Positions 9,863-19,062 of a DNA stretch of 64,000 bases are shown here, piece by piece. The DNA lies in contig DATJFG010000033.1 of the NCBI GenBank assembly GCA_035495775.1, positions 64,122-128,121 on the forward strand, in the 5' to 3' direction. The stretch comes from Verrucomicrobiia bacterium (GTDB lineage: Bacteria; Desulfobacterota; Binatia; UBA9968). A program made the translations under genes and the position numbers. The notes beneath the pieces were generated by a model. It worked only from the letters and a program-made list of their open reading frames with translations, was not told the DNA's origin and made no database searches. Positions within the stretch are counted from its first letter, which is position 1, and every line of letters starts with the position of its first letter.

Positions 9863-10648
9863 CTAAGACCTACGCCCTTTTTGCTCCGGCTCTTCTTGCC
9901 TTGGCGGCTCCGCGCTTCGCTTCCTCAGAAACGGAATGAGCATCGGCACCGTGCGCCGGTAATGATCATAGTCCTTGCCGAAGTAACCTTTCAGATCGTG
10001 CTCCTCGAACTGGATGCCGATGAGGATATAGGCCGTGGTCGCGGCGGCGAACAGCAGATGGCCGGCGGTCATCTGCGGCGTCGCCCAGAAGGCGATGATG
10101 AACCCCGCCATAATCGGGTGGCGGATGTGGCGATAGAGGCTCTTGGTCTGAAACTCGATGTGGTGGTACTCCTGACCGCGCAGGTAGTACCACACCTGGC
10201 GAAGCCCGAAGAGATCGAAGTGATCGACGATGAACGTGGAGAAAAGAACCGTGAACCATCCAAGCCAGAAGAGGCCGACCAGAAGCGCGCTGCCGGCGGG
10301 ATTCTCCACGCTCCAAATCACAGACGGCAGCGGACGCCACTGCCAGTAGAGCAGGAGCAGAGCGAGGCTGGCGAGAAGAACGAACGTGCTGCGCTCCGCC
10401 GGAACCGGGACGATCTTCGTCCACGACGCCTTGAAACCGGGACGCGCCATGACGGTGTGCTGAATGGCGAACAGGCCGAGGAGAATGAGATTTATGGCGA
10501 GACTCACTGCAAGACCCGATTCGGCGCCCGAGTCGATCGACTTGGGGACCGCGAGGTTCCCGGTAAATCCGATCGCGTAGAGAAACGCGAAGCCAAATAT
10601 CGCGTAGCAGACCAGACCGTAGAGAAACGTCGCCACCCTGCTCATCAT
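9863..10648 (-). CDS. isoprenylcysteine carboxyl methyltransferase (ICMT/PEMT) family membrane methyltransferase, MddA-like
   Basis: Multi-TM protein with the C-terminal motif RHPIMAGFII...EE typical of the ICMT family. Confidence 0.6.
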   Translation of the reverse strand: MMSRVATFLYGLVCYAIFGFAFLYAIGFTGNLAVPKSIDSGAESGLAVSLAINLILLGLFAIQHTVMARPGFKASWTKIVPVPAERSTFVLLASLALLLLYWQWRPLPSVIWSVENPAGSALLVGLFWLGWFTVLFSTFIVDHFDLFGLRQVWYYLRGQEYHHIEFQTKSLYRHIRHPIMAGFIIAFWATPQMTAGHLLFAAATTAYILIGIQFEEHDLKGYFGKDYDHYRRTVPMLIPFLRKRSAEPPRQEEPEQKGRRS

Positions 10649-10812
10649 GACCCTCCCTCTATTGACCGTCGCAACTATCCCGCCTTGGAATGCGCAACCT
10701 TATGGCTTGGGTCTCGGCTAAAGTCAAACGCCGAGCGCGACTCACTGAGTCGCTGGTGATTCTCGAGCCGCAGCGGCGGTCAGGCGCGGTTTGCGCGGCG
10801 GTAAACAACGTC

Positions 10813-10915
10813 AAACTTTTAATTGTCTTTTCATTTGTTCCCAGACCTCTACGCTCATACATTGTGCCTGCGACGTTCACGCGCCTGGCTTGAACGCGAT
10901 CACCGATGCTCGCTC
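10813..10915 (+). repeat. copy 1 of a ~103-bp intergenic element
   Basis: Aligns without gaps to 13914..14016 at roughly 92% identity. AT-rich 5' part (AAACTTTTAATTGTCTTTTCATTTGTTC) followed by a GC-rich part containing the inverted repeat CGTTCACGC-N7-(T/G)TGAACG. Confidence 0.85.
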
Positions 10916-10949
10916 GCTGAGGAGGGCCCAATGGTCGTGCAAATCGTGA

Positions 10950-12626
10950 TTACTTCGCGGCCGCCTTGCGCCGGCCGATGGCGGCTTCGGCCCGCGGGCT
11001 GATCGCGCGCTCGACGACGATATTGAGCAGCGCGGGCCGGCCGGAAGCGAAGGCGCGCTTCAGCGCGGGCGCCAAATCCTCCGGGCGCTCGACAAACTCA
11101 CCGTGGCCGCCCAGGCCCTGTACGACCTGCTCGTAGCGCGTCTGGAGCAGATCGGTCGCAACCGGCCGGCCGTAGAGACCGAGCTGGATTTGCCGGTCGA
11201 TGCCCCAAGCCGAATCGTTGCCCAGCAGCGCCACGATATTGAGCCGGTGGCGCACCGCGGTATCGAATTCCATCGCGTTGAAACCGAACGCCCCGTCGCC
11301 CGTCATCATGATCACGCGGGAATCCGGGTAGGCCAGCTGGGCGGCGAGAGCCGTGGGCAGCGCAGTGCCCAGCATCCCGAGGCTCGAATGGTGCAGCCAA
11401 CGCTTGGCTCCGAGCGCCGGCAGATAGGCGCGGCCGAAGTGGCAGAAGTCGCCGCCGTCGAACACGACGCAGTCGTCGGCGCCGAGCATGGACTTGACCG
11501 TTTGGTGCACGAACATGGCGTGCATCGGCACGCCCGGCCGCGCCAGCTCCTCGGCCCAGCGCGCTTGCGCCGCTCGCACCGCGCGCAGCTCCTCGATCCA
11601 CGGGAGCTCCGTCCACGCAAAGCCGGCGGCGGCCTCGGTCATCTGCTCCAGGACGCGGGTGACGTTTCCGACGATGCCGACGGCGACCTCGCGATTGCGC
11701 CCGATCTCGCTCGGAGAAGGATCGACCTGGATGATCTTCGCATCCGCCGCGACGTTGGGCGGGCGGCAGAAGCCGATGACGAAGTCCTGCTTGCGGCCGA
11801 GCAGCACGACGACGTCGGCGTCGCGCACCTTGCCCGCGACGCGATTCAGGCCGCGCTCGAAAAAACCGAACACGTAGGGATGATCGTCGGGAACCAGGCC
11901 GCGCGCCTGCTCTTCGGTGACGACCGGCAGGCGGGTGGTTTCGATGAAACGCTTAAGCGCCGCGCCGGAGAGCGTGTAGCCGGCGGCGCTGCCGGCGACG
12001 AGCAGCGGTCTTTGCGCCTCGCGGAGGAGCTCGACGGCCCGGCGCGCGAGCGCGGCGTCTGGCGGCGCCGGCTCTTCCGCCCGCCAATCGTCCGGCCGGG
12101 TGGCGGCGACCTCGTCCTCTTCCACGCTTTGCTCCTGCACGTCGATCGGGATCGTCAGGTGAACCGGACCGCGGCGGCCGGCGAAAGCGAGGCGCAGGGC
12201 GCGCGCGATGAATTCGGGGATCCGGCGGATATCGTCGACCATGAACGAGCCCTTGGTGATCGGCTCCGCCATGCGGACCTGTTCGATCTCCTGCTGCGCG
12301 CCCCGGCCCAGATCCTTGCGGTCGGCACAGCCGGCGATCGAGATCACCGGCGCTTCGGTATGCATCGCGCTGGCGAGGCCGGGGATCGCATTGGCGAAAC
12401 CCGGAGTGGTGTACATGCACACGCCCGGCTGTTCTTTGATCCGCGCCCAGGCGTCCGCCATGTGCACCGCGGCCTGCTCATGGCGCGTATCGATGATGCG
12501 GAAGTCTGCGTCCGCCATCGCGTCGAGCACCGGCAGGATGTGATCGCCGGCCAGGGCGAAGATATTCTTCACGCCCGCGCGCTCGAGCGCTCTACAGATC
12601 AAACGGCTTCCCGTCACTCGCGCCAT
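10950..12626 (-). CDS. thiamine pyrophosphate-dependent enzyme (acetolactate synthase / benzoylformate decarboxylase family)
   Basis: 558 aa with TPP-enzyme N-terminal, central and C-terminal domains (GDG...N TPP-binding motif). Confidence 0.8.
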   Translation of the reverse strand: MARVTGSRLICRALERAGVKNIFALAGDHILPVLDAMADADFRIIDTRHEQAAVHMADAWARIKEQPGVCMYTTPGFANAIPGLASAMHTEAPVISIAGCADRKDLGRGAQQEIEQVRMAEPITKGSFMVDDIRRIPEFIARALRLAFAGRRGPVHLTIPIDVQEQSVEEDEVAATRPDDWRAEEPAPPDAALARRAVELLREAQRPLLVAGSAAGYTLSGAALKRFIETTRLPVVTEEQARGLVPDDHPYVFGFFERGLNRVAGKVRDADVVVLLGRKQDFVIGFCRPPNVAADAKIIQVDPSPSEIGRNREVAVGIVGNVTRVLEQMTEAAAGFAWTELPWIEELRAVRAAQARWAEELARPGVPMHAMFVHQTVKSMLGADDCVVFDGGDFCHFGRAYLPALGAKRWLHHSSLGMLGTALPTALAAQLAYPDSRVIMMTGDGAFGFNAMEFDTAVRHRLNIVALLGNDSAWGIDRQIQLGLYGRPVATDLLQTRYEQVVQGLGGHGEFVERPEDLAPALKRAFASGRPALLNIVVERAISPRAEAAIGRRKAAAK

Positions 12627-12657
12627 CCGCGCTCTCCTCTCACAGTATGTTTTTATC

Positions 12658-13692
12658 TCATGCGCCGAAGAACTCGACGAAGCGCTTCTTGATCTCCTCG
12701 GTCCGGCGCTCGAGTTCGTCCGGGTCGACCGTGAGAAGCTTGAGGTCGCCGAGCTTCGGCTTGTCGGCGGGGTAGGTCACCTCGGGATGCGGCACGTAGA
12801 GTCCCTCGTCGTCGGCGAGGAACTGCTGCACCTCCTTGGTGAAGATAAAATCGGTGAAGAGCCTGGCGGCCGTCGGGTGCGGGGCGAAGCTGGTGATCGC
12901 CGAGGCCGTAGTGACCAGCGGCACGCCGTCCTGCGGATAGACGATGCCGAGCGGATTGCCCTTTTTCTTCTGCGTGTAGAGAAAATATTCCGCGCCGTTG
13001 GCGCCGACCAGGCGCTCGCCCGACGCTACCACCTGCGCGGGATCGTGAACCGACTGCGCGAGATGAGGTTTGTTCTGGGCCAGCTGCTTGAAATAGTCCC
13101 AGCCGTAAAGCTTGACCAACGCCAGCATGTAGGTGGCGATGGCTCCGCTGTAGCCGGGGTGCGCCGTCACGAGCTTTCCTTTCCACTTTGGATCGAGGAG
13201 ATCTTTCCACGCCTTGGGCGCGTCGGTGCTCGCGAGCAGCTTGGAATTGTAAGACATCACGATGAGGAATGCGCGCCAGCCGAAAGCGATCCCGTCCGCG
13301 TCTCGGAAGCTTTCAGGGAAGCGGTCCGCTCCCGCGGGCGTGTATTTGGCCAGCATCCCTTTTTTCTTGAGCAGGACGTAGTGGCTGGCGTCGGAAGAGT
13401 TGAAGACATCGGCGATTTTAAGCCCCGCGCCCGACTCCTGCATGATGCGCTGGAGAATTCGCTCCGAGCCCGAGCGCTGAACGTCCACTTTAAGGCCTTG
13501 ATGGGCTTGCTCAAACAGGCTGGCGACCCGCTGGGCGGTAGAGACGGCCGCGCCCGTGTACCAGACGACGGTCCCTTCCCGCCGCGCTTCGGCGAGCCTC
13601 GAATCCTGCGCCGAGCCCGTCGCGGCCGCAAGCAGCACCGCCGGAAGAGCGGCCATCGATATCCACGCGCGCGCGATTTTTTGACAGCGCAT
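12658..13692 (-). CDS. ABC transporter periplasmic substrate-binding protein, iron(III)/solute-binding family 1 (FbpA/AfuA-like)
   Basis: Signal peptide and SBP_bac_1-like sequence features. Confidence 0.65.
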   Translation of the reverse strand: MRCQKIARAWISMAALPAVLLAAATGSAQDSRLAEARREGTVVWYTGAAVSTAQRVASLFEQAHQGLKVDVQRSGSERILQRIMQESGAGLKIADVFNSSDASHYVLLKKKGMLAKYTPAGADRFPESFRDADGIAFGWRAFLIVMSYNSKLLASTDAPKAWKDLLDPKWKGKLVTAHPGYSGAIATYMLALVKLYGWDYFKQLAQNKPHLAQSVHDPAQVVASGERLVGANGAEYFLYTQKKKGNPLGIVYPQDGVPLVTTASAITSFAPHPTAARLFTDFIFTKEVQQFLADDEGLYVPHPEVTYPADKPKLGDLKLLTVDPDELERRTEEIKKRFVEFFGA

Positions 13693-13913
13693 CGGTCCTC
13701 CTCAATGCTTCCGCATAAATCTTCGAGTGCCTCTCCGATTAACCCAACCCTAGGCAAAAGTCCATCGTGGGCAGTGTCTCGCTTTGACCTAATGTCAGGC
13801 GCGGCCCTTCGAGCTCGCGCCGCCCTGGATTCCGAAGGCGCAGGCATGAAAGCCGCCGGCGAGCTCCTCGGGATTCCAAATCTCAAAACTTCAGATCGGG
13901 AGCAGATTTCATT

Positions 13914-14016
13914 AAACTTTTAATTGTCTTTTCATTTGTTCTCAAACCTCTAAGCTCATACATTGTGCCTGCGACGTTCACGCGCCTGGCGTGAACGCGA
14001 TCGCTGATACGCGCTC
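13914..14016 (+). repeat. copy 2 of the ~103-bp intergenic element (5' leader of mgtE)
   Basis: See copy 1. This copy ends 15 bp before the mgtE GGAGG and ATG and contains the perfect inverted repeat CGTTCACGC-gcctggc-GTGAACG at 13975..13997. Confidence 0.85.
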
Positions 14017-14031
14017 GCCCGGGGAGGAGAC

Positions 14032-15345
14032 ATGGTGGAAACGAGCTTGACGCTTCCGGAGGTTTTCGAGGCCTGGCAGGTCCTTTCGATGGAGGAAAGG
14101 ATCGCGGGATTCGAGCTCCTGCGGCGCGAGGAAGCCGAGAAGCTGTTCCAGTCGCTCAACGCGCAGGATCAAGCGCAGCTCCTGAGCGCGCTGCCCGCGG
14201 CGGAGCGCCGGTTGTGGATCCGATCGCTGGCGCCGGACGAGGTGGCCGACGTCATTCAGGAGGCTCCGGTGGAGGAGCGCGAGGCGCTCATCCAGCTGCT
14301 GGACGATGCGACGCGTCGAGAGGTGAAAGGGTTGCTGGATTACGCGGAGGATCAGGCCGGCGGTCTCATGAACCCGCGCTACGCGCGGCTCCGGCCCGAG
14401 ATGAGCGTCGACGAGGCGATCAGCTATCTTCGGCGCGACGCCCGCGACCGCAAGGAGACCGCTTACTACGCCTACGTCGTCGACCCCGAGGAGCGCCTGC
14501 TGGGAGTGGTCACGTTCCGCGATCTGTTCACGGCGGGGAAAGACAAACTCGTGAAAGAGATCCTGCGCGCCGACGTGATCACGGCGCCCGAGGACCTCGA
14601 TCAGGAGGCGCTCGGGCGGCTGTTCACACGGCATAATTTACAGATGATCCCGGTCGTCGACGCCAACCGCCGCATCAAAGGCATCGTCACGTTGGACGAC
14701 ATCGTCGACGTGATTCAGGAAGAGGCGACCGAGGACATCCAGAAGATCGGCGGCGTCGAGGCCCTGGACGCGCCGTACCTGCAGATTCCGCTGTCGCGCA
14801 TGATCCGCAAGCGCGCCGGCTGGCTCTCCGTCCTGTTTCTGGGCGAGATGTTGACCGCGACCGCCATGGGCTATTTTGAAGTCGAGATCGCGCGCGCCGT
14901 CGTCCTCGCGCTGTTCGTCCCGCTGATCATCAGCAGCGGCGGCAACTCGGGCTCGCAGGCCTCCACGCTGGTCGTGCGCGCGATGGCGTTGGGCGAGGTG
15001 CGGATCGCCGACTGGTGGCGCGTGATCCGGCGCGAGGTCATGACCGGATTGACGCTGGGATCGATCCTGGCGTCCATCGGCCTCGCGCGCATTCTTTCGT
15101 GGCAGATGTTGTTCGGTTCCTACGGCGAGCACTACGTTCTGGTCGCCGCGACCGTCGCGCTCAGCCTGATCGGCGTCGTCCTCTGGGGAACCCTGGCCGG
15201 CTCGATTCTGCCTTTTCTTCTCCGACTCGTCGGTTTCGATCCGGCCAGCGCCTCGGCGCCTTTCGTCGCGACGCTCGTCGACGTTACCGGGCTCATCATC
15301 TACTTCAGCATCGCCGCCGCGGTGCTGCGGGGAACTTTGTTGTAG
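14032..15345 (+). CDS. mgtE: magnesium transporter MgtE
   Basis: N-terminal MgtE_N domain, tandem CBS domains, and a C-terminal five-TM MgtE channel domain (GGNSGSQ motif). Confidence 0.9.
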   Translation: MVETSLTLPEVFEAWQVLSMEERIAGFELLRREEAEKLFQSLNAQDQAQLLSALPAAERRLWIRSLAPDEVADVIQEAPVEEREALIQLLDDATRREVKGLLDYAEDQAGGLMNPRYARLRPEMSVDEAISYLRRDARDRKETAYYAYVVDPEERLLGVVTFRDLFTAGKDKLVKEILRADVITAPEDLDQEALGRLFTRHNLQMIPVVDANRRIKGIVTLDDIVDVIQEEATEDIQKIGGVEALDAPYLQIPLSRMIRKRAGWLSVLFLGEMLTATAMGYFEVEIARAVVLALFVPLIISSGGNSGSQASTLVVRAMALGEVRIADWWRVIRREVMTGLTLGSILASIGLARILSWQMLFGSYGEHYVLVAATVALSLIGVVLWGTLAGSILPFLLRLVGFDPASASAPFVATLVDVTGLIIYFSIAAAVLRGTLL

Positions 15346-15498
15346 CGCCCTTTAACTGACTTGCTTAATTACCGCACCTCGGACAACTCTCCATCCTTGT
15401 CAGAATCGTGAACCAAGTCTTCCAGTCGGCAGTTGTAAGGATGTATCCGCCGACGTTCTTGCACATGCGCATGGACGCGCAAAAGAAGCGCTTCAAAT

Positions 15499-15546
15499 AA
15501 TCGAGCCGGGATCTTTTTTCAAAACCAGTACGACCTGGCCGTCGGA
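15499..15546. repeat. 48-bp near-identical copy of the 3' coding end of gene 19063..19677 (gene-fragment remnant)
   Basis: ATCGAGCCGGGATCTTTTTTCAAAA(C/G)CAG(T/C)ACGACCTGGCCGTCG is shared with 19138..19186 and encodes ...DGQVVL(V/L)LKKDPGSI on the minus strand. Confidence 0.7.
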
Positions 15547-15547
15547 T

Positions 15548-16984
15548 TCAATATTCCCGCGCCCGCTCGACAATGTTCCGCGCCATATCAGGGAAGATGA
15601 AGGCGTGGAACGGGAGCATCGCGTACCAATACAGCGTGCCGAGAGCACCGTCGGGTTGATAGTAAGCGGTCTGAACGAGAGTGGTGCCCTGAAGCCGGAA
15701 CTCCAGCCACGCCTTGCCGAAGACATTCATCTGCGCGGCCAGGAGGAGCCGCTCGTTCTCCACCAGGTCCACCACTCTCCAGACATCCAGCATGTCTCCG
15801 ACGCGCAGCTCGGTGGGCGACCGTCTTCCCAGGGAGGTTCCGAAACCGCCGAGAAGCTTGTCGAGGAAACCCCGCACCCGCCACAGCAGATCGAACTTGA
15901 ACCAGCCATTCTCTCCTCCCAATGCCAGGGCGGAGCGGAAGACCTGCGGCAAGGAGAGACCTCCGATATCCTGCCGCCGCTCGTCGCGGTAGCGGGCGGC
16001 GCGCATGGTGGATTCGTCCTCGCAGTAATCGACATCGGCGAGGCTGTCGGTCCACCGCTCCCCCAATCCTTCGTCGCCGGTGGCCGCCGCTCCTTTGCGG
16101 AGCGCCTCCTCCGCCGAGACCGGTGTCACGCCGGGAAAATAATCATCGGCCGGAGACAACGCGCCGTCACGCGGCCCGTCCCGCGCCTCGCTCAGAAGCT
16201 CGACCAGGGCGCGCGCCATGGGATAGGAAAGCGAAGTCGAAAGCGCCACGACGAGCGCGGAGAGACGCGGGGCCGTGATGAGAACTCGCACCGTCGTTCT
16301 CGTTAAACTTCTTACCCGCGCCGCGAGCCGGAAGAGGTCGGCCAGAGTGACTCCGTCCTCGCCGATCGCGACGGCGACATTCCCGCTCACATCGAGAGAG
16401 GCCGCGCGCGCCAGGTACTCGACCAGATCGGACAACGCGACGGGATAGATCCGCGTCTCCGTCCAGCGTGGGAGGAAGAGAACCGGCGTCTTCTCTACCA
16501 CCGTCGTCACGATCTCGTAAAAGACGCTTCCCGGGCTGAGGATGATTCCCGGGACGAGCGAGACGGTCTGGATCCTGTCGGGATAGGCGCCGAGGATTTC
16601 GGCGATCTCGGGCAGGAGAAATTCCGAGCGCGTCGATTGCCGGGCGCCGGGGCGGACTCCGAGACAGACGATGCGTTTGACCCCCGCTTCGATGCAGGCG
16701 TCCCGGAACAGCGCGGCGAACTCGCGGCTCCGTGCCGCGAAATCGCGCTCCCACGAAACGAAACGGATGGGGAAATAGGCCACATCGATGCCGCGGACGG
16801 CGCGGTTGAGCGCAGCCCGGTCAAGCCGATCGACGGCCACGATCTCGATCTCGGGATGAAGTCCGTCGGGGATGCGGCGGGCGTCTCTCACCAGAAGACG
16901 CAGGCGAACCCGCTCATCCTCCCCCAACCGGCGCAGCAGCCGCCTCCCCACGTAGCCGGCCGGAGCCGCGATCAGCACGTTCAC
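15548..16984 (-). CDS. NAD(P)H-binding (NmrA/SDR-like) domain fused to DUF2867-like domain
   Basis: N-terminal Rossmann region (NVLIAAPAGYVGRRL), then a long C-terminal domain of the kind seen in DUF2867 fusions. Confidence 0.55.
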   Translation of the reverse strand: MNVLIAAPAGYVGRRLLRRLGEDERVRLRLLVRDARRIPDGLHPEIEIVAVDRLDRAALNRAVRGIDVAYFPIRFVSWERDFAARSREFAALFRDACIEAGVKRIVCLGVRPGARQSTRSEFLLPEIAEILGAYPDRIQTVSLVPGIILSPGSVFYEIVTTVVEKTPVLFLPRWTETRIYPVALSDLVEYLARAASLDVSGNVAVAIGEDGVTLADLFRLAARVRSLTRTTVRVLITAPRLSALVVALSTSLSYPMARALVELLSEARDGPRDGALSPADDYFPGVTPVSAEEALRKGAAATGDEGLGERWTDSLADVDYCEDESTMRAARYRDERRQDIGGLSLPQVFRSALALGGENGWFKFDLLWRVRGFLDKLLGGFGTSLGRRSPTELRVGDMLDVWRVVDLVENERLLLAAQMNVFGKAWLEFRLQGTTLVQTAYYQPDGALGTLYWYAMLPFHAFIFPDMARNIVERAREY

Positions 16985-17018
16985 GTCGTGGTCATCCTCG
17001 CCGAAGATCTTCTCTCCC

Positions 17019-17393
17019 TCAAAGGGATACTTTCAGCTTGGTGATTTCGGCGTCGAGCTGGCGGATCCGCTGCGACAAGTGCTGCAGGATGCGGAACGCG
17101 AGCGAGGGATCTTCGTGAACGCGACGAAGAAAACTTTTACGGTCGACGGTGAGCACCTGCGCGTCGCCCACCGCCCGCACGGTGGCGGAGCGGACCTCGT
17201 GATCGAACAGCGCCATCTCGCCGAAGAAATCGGTCTCGTGGAGCACGGCGAGCCGGATCGGCTTGTGTGCACCGTTCTCCCGCACGACCTCGACCTCGCC
17301 CGATTGAATGACGAACATGCAATCGCCGCTCTCTCCCTCGCGGACGATCACCTCGCCGTTGTGAAAAGTTTTGCCTAATGCGCTCGTTTCCAT
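17019..17393 (-). CDS. cyclic nucleotide-binding domain protein
   Basis: cNMP-binding fold motifs (FGEMAL, RSATVRA). Confidence 0.6.
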   Translation of the reverse strand: METSALGKTFHNGEVIVREGESGDCMFVIQSGEVEVVRENGAHKPIRLAVLHETDFFGEMALFDHEVRSATVRAVGDAQVLTVDRKSFLRRVHEDPSLAFRILQHLSQRIRQLDAEITKLKVSL

Positions 17394-18760
17394 GTCAATC
17401 CTCCAACCATATGGCTCCAAGCCGCGGCCGCAATCGCCCATACAAAACCCATCACGAACGCGGGATGGAGCGTCCGCAAAAGAATGTCCTTATACGGAGC
17501 GCTGCCGGTGAAAACATCCCACAGCACCATGCTCATGCGGCGCGGGACGCCTTCCCGGCGCTGCTCGCGCGCGACCATGCGCAGGACGCCGCGCCGGTCG
17601 TGGGGCCATTTTTGGATATGGCGCGTGACGAAGAAGATGAACTTTCCGATCAGATTGTCTTTGGAGATCTTCTCGCAGGCCGGCGCGAAACGGCGGCGAA
17701 AGTCCGCCGCCGAGATGCCCTCGAAGACCGCGGTCACGGCCGCGGCTTTCGCCGTGCGGTAGGCGGCGCCGATGCCGTCCTTGTAGAGCCGGGTCGCTCC
17801 CGAATCGCCGATGAAGACGATGCGGTCGGCGAACGGCTGCACGGCGCTCACGATGTTGATCTTCGGCGAGCAGTGGCAGAATTCCTTCGCCTGGCGCCAG
17901 TCCGGCGGCAGACAGGCGCTCACGACGGGAGTATTGAGAAAATTCTCCACCAGCGCAGCGTCGACATCGTCGCCCAAGAGGACGAGCGTCACGTATTCGC
18001 CTTTCGGGATCAGGGCGGCGAACTCGAGCCGCGGCATATTGAGGAGAAACACATGCATCGAGCTGCCGAGATGCTCCTCGATCGCCTCCTGCCCGAGATA
18101 AAATTCTCGGATGTAGGTCTTTGCCGTCTGCGGCGCCGCGTAGCCGATGTTGAGCTGCTCGAAAAATTTAAGCGCGCCGCTGTTCACGCCGACGGCGACG
18201 GCGAGGAGGTCGTAGATTTCGGCCGTGCCGCCGCGCGTCTTAATCTCCGGCCGGCCGCCGTTCCACGAGACACCGTCGACCCGCTGGTGGAGAGAGCGCG
18301 CGCCTTTGTTGACCGCGAGCTCAAGGAGGTAGCCGTCGAGGCTCCTCCAGCGCTTGTTTTTAATGTCCCGCGGCCCGTTGCCGCGATGGACCGCGGCGAT
18401 CCTTTTCTCGTGCAGCGGCGTCTCGATGCTGACGCTGCCCTCCTCCATGTGCAGCACGTAGGAGTCGATGCCTCTTTGGACGACCGTCGACGGGAGATTG
18501 ATGCCTTCGACGGTAAGCGCCTGGACGAGCGACTCCGAAATGATGCCGCCGCACATGTTGCAGCCTTGGGGAGCGGGCAGAGAGAAATCCCGCGCCTCAT
18601 AAATATCGACCTGGACATCCAGGCCGACGCGCTCAGCCGTCTGCAGCAGAAAATAGCTGAAAAACGCTCCGGCCGGGGCGCCGCCGATGACGCCGACGCG
18701 CGCGCCGTCGTGGAGTTTCAATTCAGTCTTTGGATCCGGAATGGGATGAAGCGCCGGCAT
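17375..18760 (-). CDS. FAD-dependent oxidoreductase
   Basis: N-terminal dinucleotide-binding motif VGVIGGAPAG and the overall length of flavin-dependent reductases. Confidence 0.6.
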   Translation of the reverse strand: MPALHPIPDPKTELKLHDGARVGVIGGAPAGAFFSYFLLQTAERVGLDVQVDIYEARDFSLPAPQGCNMCGGIISESLVQALTVEGINLPSTVVQRGIDSYVLHMEEGSVSIETPLHEKRIAAVHRGNGPRDIKNKRWRSLDGYLLELAVNKGARSLHQRVDGVSWNGGRPEIKTRGGTAEIYDLLAVAVGVNSGALKFFEQLNIGYAAPQTAKTYIREFYLGQEAIEEHLGSSMHVFLLNMPRLEFAALIPKGEYVTLVLLGDDVDAALVENFLNTPVVSACLPPDWRQAKEFCHCSPKINIVSAVQPFADRIVFIGDSGATRLYKDGIGAAYRTAKAAAVTAVFEGISAADFRRRFAPACEKISKDNLIGKFIFFVTRHIQKWPHDRRGVLRMVAREQRREGVPRRMSMVLWDVFTGSAPYKDILLRTLHPAFVMGFVWAIAAAAWSHMVGGLTWKRAH

Positions 18761-19062
18761 AACCTCTCCAGATCTCAGCATTCGACGGCTTCGACCATGC
18801 GCGAAGCCGCATGGAGCTAAAGCCGCCGCTGTGTTGTCCTTGAGTTTTTGTTAGCCCCTCCCAATGGAGGGGTGATGGGGCAGGCGGAGCCGGCAAGGTG
18901 AGGGTGGCGCGAGGGCCGTCCAGCTGATCGCCCGGTCTACGGAGGATTTCAGCCCAGGATTATCATCAAGCGTAATTGTGCGTCAAGTGTTCGGAACAGA
19001 GCGATGTACGCGGGGAGTCTTTTATTTGACGATTGCGGCGACGGCGAAGCAGCTCCACCTTC

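Noticed and set aside
11103-12692. 529-aa plus-strand ORF antisense to the TPP-enzyme gene
   Set aside because: No motifs and an Arg/Gly/Asp-rich composition. The opposite strand encodes a full-length, well-conserved TPP enzyme.
13800-14031. M-box (ykoK) Mg2+ riboswitch upstream of mgtE
   Set aside because: The mgtE leader is only about 120 nt, and I could not recognise the conserved M-box helices or sequence blocks by eye. Reported instead as an uncharacterised conserved duplicated leader; an Rfam scan is needed.
17378-18820. 480-aa plus-strand ORF opposite the FAD-dependent oxidoreductase
   Set aside because: Antisense ORF with no motifs. The minus frame has a dinucleotide-binding motif and a coherent fold-length.
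18840-18870. Hairpin CCCCTCC-CAAT-GGAGGGG as a terminator
   Set aside because: No downstream U-run on either strand, and it lies in the 5' (promoter) region of the minus-strand FAD oxidoreductase gene, so it is not a rho-independent terminator.
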